Assembly: GCA_051294375.1 (NCBI GenBank)
Contig: CM119268.1
Location: forward strand, 3,041,737-3,105,736
Direction: 5' to 3'
Length of the DNA stretch: 64,000 bases
Origin: Paraspadella gotoi
Lineage: Eukaryota > Animalia > Chaetognatha
In this document: piece after piece, positions 13,620 through 26,138 of the stretch
How the letters are laid out: each line of letters begins with the position of its first letter
Numbering within the stretch: the stretch's first letter is position 1
Translations under genes and position numbers: made by a program
The notes under the pieces: model-generated
What the model saw: the letters and a program-made list of their open reading frames with translations, nothing else
Told to the model about the DNA's origin: nothing
Database searches by the model: none

Positions 13620-14962
13620 ATGATGTCGTCGACCCCGATTCGGCGCCTCTCGCCCGAAGCACAATTAGGTTATTGTTATTTTCTTCTTCTTTTTTTAATT
13701 TTTAATTTTTTTTATTTTTTTAAAGGTTTTCTTTGTCATTTTTTTGGGGTCGTAATTAGATCTAACCAGTTTACTACTAAAGGTCATTCACTGTTACGAT
13801 TATGTACTATTTACTTTAGATATATTTTTTTTTTATTTATTTAAGAGATTGTTATAATTCATTTAATGTTATAAATGTTAAACAATAATTGTGTCGTTGT
13901 CCTTTCTGTCGTTTGCATACAGTAACAGATTATGATTGCGTAACAAAGATTCATCGTTTCATTTAAAAAAAAATATTATTACATCGAAAAGTTTTTATTT
14001 GCTGGACACAAAAAGCTTCCTTCATTTCTTTTTGTTTTGTATTTAATTCAAGTTTTAGCAAATATATGCCTTGTATGTACATTTTTTTATCTTTCTAGGA
14101 AATATAATATAATATTAAAAATTTTAAAATTATTGATTTTTAAAAACCTTGGGCATTTTTTTGTTCCCACCGTTAAAAATGACCTTCAAGCAAAAATAAT
14201 AAAAGGATTAAAAATAAATAATGTTTATTTAATGAAAATTATGAAACTAAATTAAAGAAATAACGATAGAAGTATTGAATCATAATATACTTTGTTTGAA
14301 TTAGCAACTCCCTCAATGCTCATTTGTTTCTTTCACCCTCCAACCTCTTTTCCCGAAGTCGGCGATTTCCCCTTTCGCCCTCTGTCGTCCAAGGATACCG
14401 AGTCTTCCTTTCCGACGCCATTGCCGATGCGGCCGACGCCGCTCTCCGCCGCTTCAGCCGCCGCTTCAGCCCCCGCCGCAGCCCCTCATCTTTCGTCTCC
14501 CGAGGAATCGTCGTCCTCGTCGTCGTCATCTTCGACGGCGGCGTCGGCAGCGGCGTCGGCAGCGGCGATGCGCTCCGGCGGCAGCTCCGGCGACGGCAGC
14601 CCCGGCGGCGCCTATGTCCTGCCCGACGGGTCGTTGACGATTCGAGAAGTGATCACTCCGCGGAAGCAAAGAGAATTCATTCCTGAAGAGAAGAAGGATA
14701 ATCAGTATTGGGAGAAGAGAAGGAAGAATAACGAGGCGGCCAAGAGGAGCAGAGAGAAAAGGTTAGTAGGAGCAATGTGGGTTGAATGATGTAGAAGGGT
14801 GAAAATGTTAGTATGAGCAATGTGGGTTGAATGATGGAGCAGAGAGAAACGGTTAGGAGCAATGGAGATAAGGGTTTGGGCAGGGAGAAAAAGTGAGTAG
14901 GAGCTGTGGAAGTAAGTAAAGAAGCGGGAAGGAATAATGAGTAAAAACGTCGATGTTGAATA

Positions 14963-15014
<52 letters not shown>

Positions 15015-18000
15015 GGGGAAAAAAAACTTGGCGAGACATAGTATTTCACACTACCCCTTCGCAACATCATCATAGACGACTCAACGACATGGTGCTGGAG
15101 AATCGAGTGATGGAGTTGACGAAGGAAAATGCGAGACTCAAACTTCAGATGCGAAATTTGAAGGCGAAATTCAACGTCGCCGATGGAGACGTTCACCTCA
15201 GCCAAGAGGAACTCGCGGCCGTCGAGAAAATATCGCAGGTGAGGAAAAGAATTCCTTTCTTTTTTTTTATTTAGGCGGACAGAGGAAGGAGCAGGGCGTT
15301 AACCTGGAGGCCCTTTTTCAAAATATAACATTGTGTACGAGATAGGCGGACAGAGGAAGGAGCAGGGCGTTAACCTGGAGGCCCTTTTTCAAAATATAAC
15401 ATTGTGTACGAGATAGGCGGACAGAGGAAAGAGCACGGCGTTTACCTGGAGGCCCTTTTTCAAAATATAACATTATACAAAACTGAACCCTTAGTCGGGC
15501 GCTAAAGTTGTCCAATTCAAACCCTTACCATCTACCTATCCTTATTCTAACCCCATCCCCGACCGCACTCTGGTCAGGACCCAAACCTCCTCAAATCCCT
15601 TCGCCTCGAATCCAACGTCGGCCTCTTCGGCGTCCTCCCTCTCTCCCTTCCCGAATCCGACGAGCCTCTCCATCAACCTCTTCCGCAACAACATCTTCGT
15701 CCTCCGCATCACCATCAACACCAGCAGCAGCGACAGGATGTGGGCTTGGAGCGGAAGCGCAGCGTCATGCGAGATTATTTGGGCCGGGATCTTCCATCGC
15801 CGGAGAATTTTAGTCCCGAGGAAATAGCGAGGACCATCGAGTCGAAAGGTTTTTTTTTTTTTTTTTTTTTTGATTGAGCGATTGGATTATTTGATTGATT
15901 GCCAAATTAATTGATAAGTAAAAGGATTTATTCATTACATTGATTAGACTGATTAAAATGCAAAGAGATTGACTGTATTGCCCGACAGATTTAAAAAGAT
16001 CATACGGTATCAATGTTCTTTCACCATTTTTTTGGGTTACATTCATGATAAATGTATTTGTAATTGTATCCCCGTTTCCAGCCGCGGAAGCCGCGATAAG
16101 CGCCGCTCAACTCAAGTCGAAACTCGATCAAGACGTGGAACAATTCATGGAGCTGAAGAATCACGTGATCAGTCAACTCACGGCCGCCGCCAATCCTTAT
16201 TTCACCAACATCGTGACCAAGAATCAGTGGTGAGGAGACGGTGAAGTGAAGTGAAGTGAAATGAAGTGGTGAGACGGTGAAGTTTATATTCTATTTTTAG
16301 AACGAAATAAGTAAATATTAAAAGTTAGGAGACAGATAATAAACATACTTACAAACAGAGACTCAGAGAAAGCTCATGTCAATTTATGCCTTTTTATCAA
16401 ATCACAAAAGGATAAAACTCAATAGTACAATACAAGACAATACCTCACCCATCCCTATACAGCTCCTCCTCCGTCCCTTACCCGCCCGTCCCCCACCCAC
16501 CGATGACTCACCCTCGGCGCTACAGCGAAGACAATTCTCGCTTCTCTCCATCTCCGCCCAAGCGCCGCTTCAACTCCCTTAATTCCGAGGATCCTCGCTC
16601 GAGCGCTTCTCTCCTTAACGGGTCTTTCCAGCGGCCGCCTCATCTGCATTATTTCCAGCGGCGCTCTCCGCCGATGCCGCCGACTGCCCCGCCGCTGCTG
16701 CCGATCCCGAACTCTCCTCCGGCGACGACGTCCTCGCCGATGGAGCTTCTCGACGCGGAGCGACTCAAGCCGCTGGGTCTGGCGTTGGAGCGAGCCTTCG
16801 GCGGGGGACTGGGTGACGTCGTGGGCGATTTCCAGCCTCGGCGTAGTTCGCCCAAGACGCCGCCTCCGCCGCCGCTGCAGGCCGTCGTCCCGCGACATCC
16901 GCCCCCGCCGCCACATCGACTTCCACCGACGGCGCAGCATCAAATGCCGCAACAGCTGAGCGTCTCGCCGGCCTCGGTTGTCGTCGCCAAGCGGCAGGCC
17001 GACGCGGCGGAGCGATTCGACGCGGAGGAAGCGATGGAGGAGGGCGAGCCGGCTGCTGCTGCTGCAGGGGCGGCAGAGGCTGCGGCCTCTGAGGATGCTG
17101 CTTCGACGAAGACGGATGCCGAAGAGAAGAATTCGACCGGCGACGACGAAGTCTCGAACTCTGGCAGCGGCGTCGAATCTCGAGACGCCGAATCCGGCGT
17201 CTCTTGCGGACTCTCATCCTCCGATTCGGTCGTCGACGCCGCCGACGCTACCGGCGCAGCCGCAGACAACGCCGCTCAATCCAGTCTTCCTCACAAGTTG
17301 AGGTGGAAGGTGAGAAAATGGGAGATATACGATAGACGCTATAAAACGAAATACTAGATTGCGGTGACTCAAATAACGAATATTTGGAAAAACTTGAGGC
17401 GTGTTTTTTGTGTGATAAGTAAAACGTGTATTAATTAAAAACAGTTTAAAAATCAATAACGGAAAAAATAACAACAACAACTACGTATTTACATTGGCTG
17501 AAAAAAGGTGGGCCATAACAATTTATTTCAGGTCCAATGGTCGAATGGTCATTCCTGCTGACCCCTACGGGTCGCAAAGTAGAAAGAGCTCGTCGTCGTC
17601 TTCGTCGTTGTATTCGTCGTCTTTGTTATCATCGTCGTTTTCGCCTGAACTATTTGAGCTTCCAAAAGATTGGAATAGATTTTGTTAATTGATTAAAGTG
17701 GTCATAATTCAACCTCGCTTTTTCTTTGCCCGTAAATTTAAAACCGAAAGTTTGATTACGTCAGAAAAAAGTCGTAACAATCAGGCTCTTTGTACTCTTG
17801 TGTCGATTTCATAACAAAGAACCTGTTGTAGGAACAAAATGTGCCATAATATCAAATTTATATATATACTCTCTGTCTCTAACCCCTCCAATCCCAGGTC
17901 GCTCAACACTCCATCGGCCACTCCTCTGCCACCTCCGCTTCTCCTTTTTCCAGCGGCTTGAAGGAGGCGGACACCCGTAATTCCGAGTCGCCAGAGTCTC

Positions 18001-19230
18001 AGGTATTTATTATAATTCATCCGTGATTTTATTTTTTAATTATAATGAGATTAATGTTGCCAAAAAATTAGCTATTTGTCCAGAAAATGTGTCAGTATAT
18101 GTTTTTAATGTCAATTTAACTTTCGATCGTAATTCGAAACCTAAGATTCCAGCGGTTGTAAAACAGATCGTCTTTCTGCAATATGCAAATTAGATTTTAG
18201 TTCCACTCGGACGCTCTGTTGATCAGCGTGAGAACTGTTACGTTTTTTTAGGATTGAAGATAAAACGATTTAACTTGTTTTTTTGTGCTTCAAAATTCTT
18301 TACCTTCCTTTCCAGTTCCTTTTCCCAATAAGTTACATAATAATTTCAATTTAAAAACTGGTTTTTTTTTAAATTGCGAATTTAATTAACTAAATCACAT
18401 TTGTTTTTATTTTAGTTTCTTCCATTAGAATAATTATTTAAAATTTCTGATTGTCAATCGGTAATGTTTTTATTTTACTACTTAAAACTGGAGAAATTTT
18501 AGAAAGCTAGCCTGATTGATCTTATTTTGGAAAATATCACCGCAGGAAAATGACCAGTAGATGGATCTGATTAAAGCACTCTCTCACAATTTCCTACTAT
18601 TTCCTTTAATCTATATAAAAAAAAAATTAAATAGAAAATTATGACGTGTTTTCCGATATCATCATTCCGTTCACGACTTGATGAAATTAATGTCTGAACG
18701 AAACGATTACGGAAGAAAAAAGCGAGTGTCTGTGGGAGATCGAGTGGAAATGGTTTTTTTTTTTAACAGACTCGGGTTTAAATTTTATAGTAATTTTGAA
18801 TTTTAGCTTCGTTAATCTTTAAAATAAACAAGATTTAAAAGAATTCAAACGAATTTAAATCTAAGAGCTATTTTTTTTCCCAAAAAATCAGGCGCAAGCG
18901 CAGATCCTCCGCGGAGAATCGGCCGTTTCCCCAGGCTCCGAACACAGCGACGACCTCGCCGACGCCGTCGACGCAGCCGAGACCGAGGAGGAAGAGCTGA
19001 AGGCCATGCGACGGGCGTTGGAGGAAGGCAAGACGATCACGATCCGCAAGGCCACGCAATTGCGATTGCTCTTGGTCGCGGAGAGCGAGGAAACTGAGGA
19101 AAAGAAGAAGAAGAAGACTAAGAGGATGAAGAAGGAGGAAGGGGAGGAAAATGGAAGAGACGAGGGCGGACAGGTCACGTCCGAGATGGAACAGGCCGCT
19201 CAGGTGTTGGCTTCATTGGGAAGATGTTGA
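13620..19230 (+). CDS. vri: vrille / NFIL3 (E4BP4) bZIP transcriptional repressor, multi-exon
   Basis: Spliced bZIP RKQREFIPEEKKDNQYWEKRRKNNEAAKRSREKR|RLNDMVLENRVMELTKENARLK and C-terminal LPHKLRWK, both hallmarks of Vri/NFIL3. In-phase GT-AG exons: 13477/13620-13668, 14359-14761, 15076-15238, 15578-15848, 16082-16229, 16463-17309, then either 17532-17561 (stop) or 17898-18002 + 18892-19230. True start may be upstream of 13620 (frame open back to the 13477 acceptor). Confidence 0.92.
15272..15475 (+). repeat. 71-bp tandem repeat, ~2.9 copies, in a vrille intron
   Basis: TAGGCGGACAGAGG... recurs at 15272, 15343 and 15414. Confidence 0.93.
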
Positions 19231-20049
19231 TGAAGAGAGAAAGACCGGTGGTAAGTCGCCTCAGCGTTTTCTTTTTTTGGGGTTGAATTAATCCTTTAGC
19301 GGTAAAGTTGATGTGACACTGATAAACATATTTTTAAAACTGATGACACTGCTTAAAACATATTACACTGAGAGACAGACACTGAGAAAAAATTATTGAA
19401 CGCATGGAAAGGAGAAGGGCGATAAATTTCGGGGAATAAGATCAGTTTTGTTAAAAATACTACAATTTCAAACAAAAGAGATTCTCGTTTTGCTGGTTTT
19501 TTCCTCAAAATATCAGCCCGATGACATTACCATCCTAAAAGTGTTTGAATCATATGTTTACACAAGAACCTGAGTTTATAATGTATAAACGAGGTTTAAA
19601 ACTAAAGACACTGAGTTAAACAAAAAGAGAATATTTATCTATTCTTTGAGAATGATACTGAAAGACACACTAAAAAGTAACAGAACTGTCCTAAGAGATA
19701 GACACTGCAACTTAGAAAACTATTACAACACGAGATAAAAGATATTGTAACGTCTCGTACTGTTGAAGACTTTGCAAATTTTTTTTCTCTATTTTTTATT
19801 TGAACGATTTTATAACGATTTTATTTTTCGCGTTACTTAAAAGTCGCATTGTTTTCCGGATCTTCTTATCGGTTTTACCTCTTTAAGTGGAGATCCGAAG
19901 GTCTTGACACGACCCTAACCCCAATTTGTGATTCGATCTTGTTATGTTATATCGAAATTTTGTTCTAAATGTTGTTCGTGCGACCTCCCAGGTGTAAGTA
20001 AGATTCTATTTATACGATTAACTTTTAGAAAGAAACTGTTTTTAAAACA

Positions 20050-21009
20050 ATTTTGGGCAAACAATGTCGGATCTGCCCAAGACAATTTAGCAGTTAGCAC
20101 CTAATCAGATGATAAATAATGATAAATTTCATGAAAAATATTTTTTATTTTATTTTTTTCTTGTTCAGTACCCCGTGTCCGTTCGCGAGTGACACCAAAC
20201 AAATCTTTACTATACCTTAAATATTTAATATATATAATTAATAAGTATATGATTATGATATGATTTCGTGTTTAATTCATTTACTATTCTATGTTTAATT
20301 TTTTATCTAACACAGTAAAATTGACGAAAAAATACCATTTTAGGCGTATTCGTGATTACATTTAAAAAAAAATATACATCATAAGAAATCTCTATTAATG
20401 ACATATTGTTGACTGTTAATGCTTCATTTAATGGTATAAATAAATTTCAATAATTTTAAGTAATTAATGAGTAATTAATTTATAATGTTTTTTGTCATTG
20501 TCGTCGTCGTTGTCTTCGCCGTCATTTTTGTCGTCTTCTTTGTCATTTTCGTTGTCATCTTTGCCTTCGTTGTCGTTTTCGTCGTCGTTTTTTTTTGTCG
20601 TCTTCGCCGTCGTTTTTGTCGTCTTTTTCTTCATTTTCGTTGTCATCTTTACCTTTGCTGTTGTTTTCGTCGTCGTTTTTGTCGTCTTCTTCATCATTTT
20701 CGTCGTCTTTGCCGTCGTTTTTGTCCTCCTTCCTCATTTTCGTTGTCAACCTCGCCTTCGTTGTCGTTTTCGTCATCGTTTTTTTCATCTTCTTCGTCAT
20801 TTTCGTTGTCATCTTTACATTCGTTGTCGTTTTCGTCGTCTTCTTCGTCATTTTCGTTGTCATCTTTGCCATCGTTGTCGTTTTCGTCGTCGTTTTTTCG
20901 TCTTCGTCATTTTCGTTGTCGTTTTCGTCGTCATCTTCGCTATCGTTTTTGATATAGCTTTCGCCATCGTTTTCCTCTTTTTCTTCGTCTTTTTGTCATC
21001 CGCTTTGAT

Positions 21010-21064
<55 letters not shown>

Positions 21065-21302
21065 AAAAAACAAACTTTATACCCAGCTTAATCACACACT
21101 TTCGTACCCACACACATTTCATTCCAATACATCCATCGAATTATAAATAATTAGATTTTTTCTTTTGCATATTTTTTTATAATTCGGTGTTCTCAGATGA
21201 TTTAGGTGTATGACCGACCAAATTATGGAGGGCGACCGACAGACCGACAAAGTGGATCATAGAGTAGGAATCTGCATTCTGCAATAAGCAGATTCGACTA
21301 AT
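20050..21302 (-). mobile_element. HINE-like element, reverse orientation, with a GTC/TTC-rich low-complexity centre
   Basis: GCAAACAATGTCGGATCTGCCC at ~20057 and GACCGACAAAGTGGATCATAGAGT..GCAGATTCGACTA at ~21243-21300 match the family ends; the centre (20490-21000) is degenerate trinucleotide repeat. Confidence 0.62.
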
Positions 21303-21978
21303 AATTTTGCGAAGGAACGTTTATAGAATCTTCTTTGCGATTGAAGAAAAGCCGCAATCTCCCGGCAATTTTACTAAAAATAGTTTCAAAAATGAAAATG
21401 TTTTAATTTCGTTAATCATGTAAAAGATAGTTAAATTCAACACTCGAGTGAATTTGAAATTTTTGATGTATTTTTTTTTACCATTCAACTAGTCATTAAG
21501 GCGTAGTAAAATTTCTAAATTTAACTTTAATTAAAATTCTAAAAGTGAGGAATGAACAACATTATACTAATGAACATTTATGTATAAAAAAATTTATAAT
21601 AAATTTTACAATTTACGCAGTAGGCCATATTTATACTAGTACTAATCCAATAAATGTAAAAATTTCAAAACAGTTTTTCTAAGATTTTTTTGCAGATTTC
21701 GATTCGTCATAAAAAGTTGATAAAAAGAAATATAACTCTTTTTAAAAATTCCTTCATTAAGTGGGTCAAAAATTAAAAAAAGCTATATTTTAAGCTGAAA
21801 ATTAACTTTTTATATATTAAATATAGTTTTTGTAATTTTTAACCCACTTAATGAAAGAATTTTTAAAAATAATTTATATTTTCTTTTATCAATTTTAGAC
21901 GAGGAATTCAAATCTGCAATCAAAATTAAGAAAAGCCTATTTTGAAATTTTTTCGATTTTATAAGGATAGTATTATAT

Positions 21979-22827
21979 ATTGATAGGGAAGCCAGGTACT
22001 CTGGGAGTGAATAAACGGGACTGTGAGAGAGTCTTGATTGAAAGCTTTCAGGGACCTGCTATGTCATTATCTTGTAAGAGTGATGGAGGCCTTAAACCAC
22101 CAAAGCCTGTCCAAAGTCAGGGGCAAGATAGCTTATTTATTAAATGAATGGATAATTTTTATATTGGTTGTACCAATTTCATAAAATTCAGCTCCTTGTA
22201 TTTGATGCTAGTGCGGAGTACAATAAGTATTCCCGATCTAATACTTAAGGGAGTGGTCTTTTCATACAATTGAAACATTCTTTGAAATATTTTCCACTTC
22301 ATTGATAGGGAAGCCAGGTACTCTGGGAGTGAATAAACGGGACTGTGAGAGAGTCTTGATTGAAAGCTTTCAGGGACCTGCTATGTCATTATCTTGTAAG
22401 AGTGATGGAGGCCTTAAACCACCAAAGCCTGTCCAAAGTCAGGGGCAAGATAGCTTATTTATTAAATGAATGGATAATTTTTATATTGGTTGTACCAATT
22501 TCATAAAATTCAGCTCCTTGTATTTTGATGCTAGTGCGGAGTACAATAAGTATTCCCCGATCTAATACTTAAGGAGTGGTCTTTTCATACAATTGAAACA
22601 TTCTTTGAAATATTTTCCGCTTCATTGATAGGGAAGCCAGGTACTCTGGGAGTGAATAAACGGGACTGTGAGAGAGTCTTGATTGAAAGCTTTCAGGGAC
22701 CTGCTATGTCATTATCTTGTAAGAGTGATGGAGGCCTTAAACCACAAAGCCTTGTCCAAAGTCAGGGGCAAGATAGCTTATTTATTAAATGAATGGATAA
22801 TTTTTATATTGTTGTACCAATTTCATA
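21979..22827 (-). repeat. ~322-bp tandem repeat, 2.6 near-identical copies, probably derived from a LINE 3' end
   Basis: Units start at 21979, 22301, 22624. Minus strand of unit 2 reads SIKIQGAEFYEIGTTNIKIIHSFNK*, reminiscent of L2/Crack/Daphne ORF2 C-termini (inference). A fragment recurs inverted at ~43806-43851. Confidence 0.85.
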
Positions 22828-23154
22828 TATAAGATAGAGGCTCACCCTATCACCAGGGCCTTCTCTTTCCCGCCGGGCTTCCTCTTCCCCTCTCAACGAC
22901 CCCCTCCTCCTCCTCCTCTCGTCGCCTCCTCCTCCTCATCCCTGGGAGTGCATCGGGCTCCCTCTCTCTCGGAGGACACTCACGGCGCAAGGGCTACCAA
23001 GACCGCGCGATCTCCTTTTCCTCTCTCTCCTTTCCTTTGTAGTGTATTTGCTGTGGCCTTAACCCCCTTTTATTATTACATATTTACCTTACTTACCTCT
23101 TTTACTTGTGAGAGGTAGTCAGATCCTTTCTAGCCAGTTATTCTATCTTCAGAG

Positions 23155-23221
23155 TGGCGCCCAATGTGGGGCTCGAACCCACGACCCCAGATAAGAGTCC
23201 TGTGCTCTACCGACTGAGCTA
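23155..23221 (-). pseudogene. tRNA-Lys(CTT)-derived sequence, 5'-truncated, with encoded 3' CCA (SINE head or retrocopied primer)
   Basis: Minus strand TAGCTCAGTCGGTAGAGCACAGGACTCTTATCTGGGGTCGTGGGTTCGAGCCCCACATTGGGCGCCA closely follows metazoan tRNA-Lys-CTT; the 5' acceptor-stem strand is missing and the anticodon arm has indels. Confidence 0.88.
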
Positions 23222-23733
23222 ACATAAAAATTAAAAAACATAAAATTAATTTTTTTTACAAATTAATGTTCACTGATAGTATGTTGTTCATAATTGACTT
23301 TTAGAATTTTCGTACGTAACTTTCACTACGCCTTACTAGTCATCATCAAGTTTTTATACCATGTTGTTCATAACCTATTGATATATTGTACATCAAGAAA
23401 CGCTTCTGTCTTTGGTGATAAATTGTCTTTTTACTACAGAGATGTAGATTACAACATTTACGTGGCCTATGATTTTAATTTGGTTTTCTTTATCATAGTT
23501 ATCGACACATTAAAAAAAAGTGTTTATATATCATCGCAGGAAACTTATTGATCAACTTGTCTCGCCTACTTCCTTCATTGATATCATTTACATTTTTTTT
23601 CAGAGAAATTACTACTCTAGTAAAACTTTCACATTTTTTTTCAAAACCGCTGTTACTCGTCGGAACCGAACGCCTTATGCGAATCTCTCTCCGAATGTCA
23701 CCGTCAATGATTTCATAAGTTTAAGCGCTGTAA

Positions 23734-23795
<62 letters not shown>

Positions 23796-25435
23796 ATTTA
23801 TTTACATTTCTTAAAATAATGAGTAGATACGACGCAGAGACAGATCACGCTTAATTTCATGTGCACGAAAAAAAAATTATCGGTCATTGAATTTACTGTG
23901 TCTGACCATTTGTACTAACAAGCCATCCCTTCCTTACAGTTATGCTGGACAAATACATGCTAGAATGATACAGTAAAATACAGTGTAAAAGTTGAAATTT
24001 GGACTAGATACTTTGTTTCTCTGAATTCTTAAATCATAACATAAACGAGTAAGACGATGGGTACAACTGAAAGTGATATGTCTCGAGATGATAAAAAAAT
24101 TCTTTAGTTTTTATTTTGAAATTAAGGTATTATACAAATAGGATAAATTGAGATACTCCAGCTTTGCCGAAATTTTTATTTAACAAAGATTTGTACTGCG
24201 TAGTTCAAATCTTTAGTTCTCCGATGATGAAAAAAGTTATTTTTTTGCATAACTTTTGAAAGAAAAGAGATAGGATGGTGGGCGAGGTATCAAATTAAAG
24301 CCCTAATCATGGGCATCTTCTGAACTTGTTTCTAATAATTTTATTCAAAAATGTTAAGACAGGATTTGTTTAAAATCTAGTTAAAAGTATAAACAGTTTT
24401 CGGAGTTAAAAATTTTAATGAAGGCATATGAATTTTTTTAATTTGCATGTATTTTTTAGTTAAAGTAAAAAACAAGCAAAAATACATATAGTAGCATGAT
24501 AAAATGTTATTTTAAATATGTAAAATTATAAATTAAAAGTTATTTTCAGTTTAATATAAAACAGTTTGGTTGTCTACCTTTTTGTCTGTAAAAAAAAATA
24601 ATCATTTTTCATTATTTTTAACTGGAAACAAAAAGCTTGACCCACTGCTTGTTTATCATATTACAATTTTAAATAAATACAAATACAAAACATATTTTTT
24701 AAATGTATTTTATTTAAGCTTTTATCATTTCTTTTTATATAAAACATCTAATATTCTCAATTTGAGCAAAGCTTTACTTCTTTAAAGATTTGGAAAAAAA
24801 TATTCGACTTGACCAATGGTCATTCAGAATTTTAGTTTTCCATAAAAAATCAAGATATCAAAAACGAAAAACATCAGATTGTTCCAAAATCGAATGCCTT
24901 GAATCTGATTTTTTTTAAAATGCAAAATTTTGGTTCATAGTCTAGATCTAAAATTCTGAACACAAAAATGTTTTTTTCGAAAATTGAATTATTCTATTCT
25001 CTTAAATAATTAAAAATTAATTAAGCATATTATTCTTGCATATTAAGCAGCCAAATTTATCATGCATATTGGCAAAAGATTGCTCTTTTGAAAAATATAT
25101 TTGAAAATCTTTGCTGTTGATGATGATGGTTTATTACAATGAACAAGTTAAAATATAGATAAAAAGAAAAAATTCTTTTGTAATTCTAGTATCATAATTC
25201 ATTTGCATATTTTGTACTATTCCCAGATAAAAAATTATTTATTAATGGGTCTAAAATATTGCTCTTTTTTTGTAGATAATGAATATCTATTGTTAAAGCT
25301 CATTATGTATATTCGTAAGGCAACCAAGGCTCTTAACATAACGCTACTACAATTTTTTATAAGCATTTTTCTAGACTTTTTGTCAGATTTCTTCTTTTCC
25401 TGACCCTATTGCCTTTCTTGTAGGCGGTTGATACT

Positions 25436-25880
25436 TGTGGCGCGGACCCGGAGGCCAGCCACAGCGTGACGAAAGGCCGTGACCACTGGAGTTTCACGTG
25501 ACTAAGTGGAGACGTTAATGAGAGTTATCATTAATGTTGTTAGCGCAGGGAAAACGGGAACGTCATTGATTTGTTTGTTTTTGATTTGTTTAAAACATAG
25601 ATGAATTTTATTACATCATTTTTAAATGTCCTGATTTCATTAGATGATCAAAAAGAACAATTGAGATAAAAATATTTGTTGAATTGTATTCTCTTATAAT
25701 AACCAGAACAAGACTGAATATTTTCAGTTTAACATTTTAAAAGTTAACTGTCAAAAACAAATGCAATTAACTGATGAGACATCTTCAGTTGTGAAACATA
25801 ACTTGATGAAAAACAAAGGGTTTGATCCCTGGGCGGAGTGGTTTAATCCTAAATGATTAAATCCTATCTGAACGGCCACA
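25436..25880 (-). repeat. 3' LTR
   Basis: Direct repeat of 31219-31663; polypurine tract GACAGGGGGGGA (minus strand, 25881-25892) abuts it. Confidence 0.96.
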
Positions 25881-26138
25881 TCCCCCCCTGTCGGAATATG
25901 TTATGTAAATAAATATTTCAAAATAAATTGTTGTCGTCAACCGTGTGCCTGAAGAGTATGATGATAAATGGTTTCCAAAATAAAAGTCGTAATAAGGGTT
26001 AAATTAATAATTGATTAGACTTTGCCAAAATCAAATTTGTAGAAATACAAATAACATTCGAAAAATATCAAAAACACGAAAATATCCGAAAATACTAAAA
26101 TATTGAAAATTTACAATATGTACAGGAGTAACGTTGTA

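Larger units (their letters stand above)
21497..23335. mobile_element. hAT-like foldback MITE with 8-bp TSD, interrupted by nested inserts
   Basis: Termini TAAGGCGTAG / CTACGCCTTA with ~100 bp of imperfect arm similarity, internal palindrome centred ~21805, and CTAGTCAT directly flanking both ends (21489-21496, 23336-23343). An 8-bp TSD is typical of hAT. Confidence 0.75.

Noticed and set aside
10243-15475. CRISPR-like arrays (82-bp, 18-bp and 71-bp repeats)
   Set aside because: Units are contiguous with no unique spacers, the context is eukaryotic and no cas genes are present.
16730-16970. PxDLS CtBP-binding motif in Vri linking the two neighbouring repressors
   Set aside because: Only PMELL and PQQLS are present; neither matches well, so no functional link is claimed from proximity.
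16455-17480. Several long antisense and alternate-frame ORFs over the large vrille exon
   Set aside because: Expected shadows of a GC-rich coding exon; the same applies to ORFs overlapping pol, BiP and CtBP.
21496-21499. TTAA target site suggesting Kolobok/piggyBac for the 21.5-23.3 kb element
   Set aside because: The right flank is not TTAA, and a clean 8-bp CTAGTCAT duplication explains both ends better.
23155-23221. Functional tRNA-Lys gene
   Set aside because: 5' acceptor strand missing, anticodon arm disrupted, CCA encoded, no oligo-T terminator.
25743-25802. Hammerhead-like CTGATGAG-ACA..TGT-GAAAC in both LTRs
   Set aside because: Stem II is only 3 bp and stem I cannot form (A opposite A next to the core) in the type-III reading; no adjacent GUH for a type-I reading.
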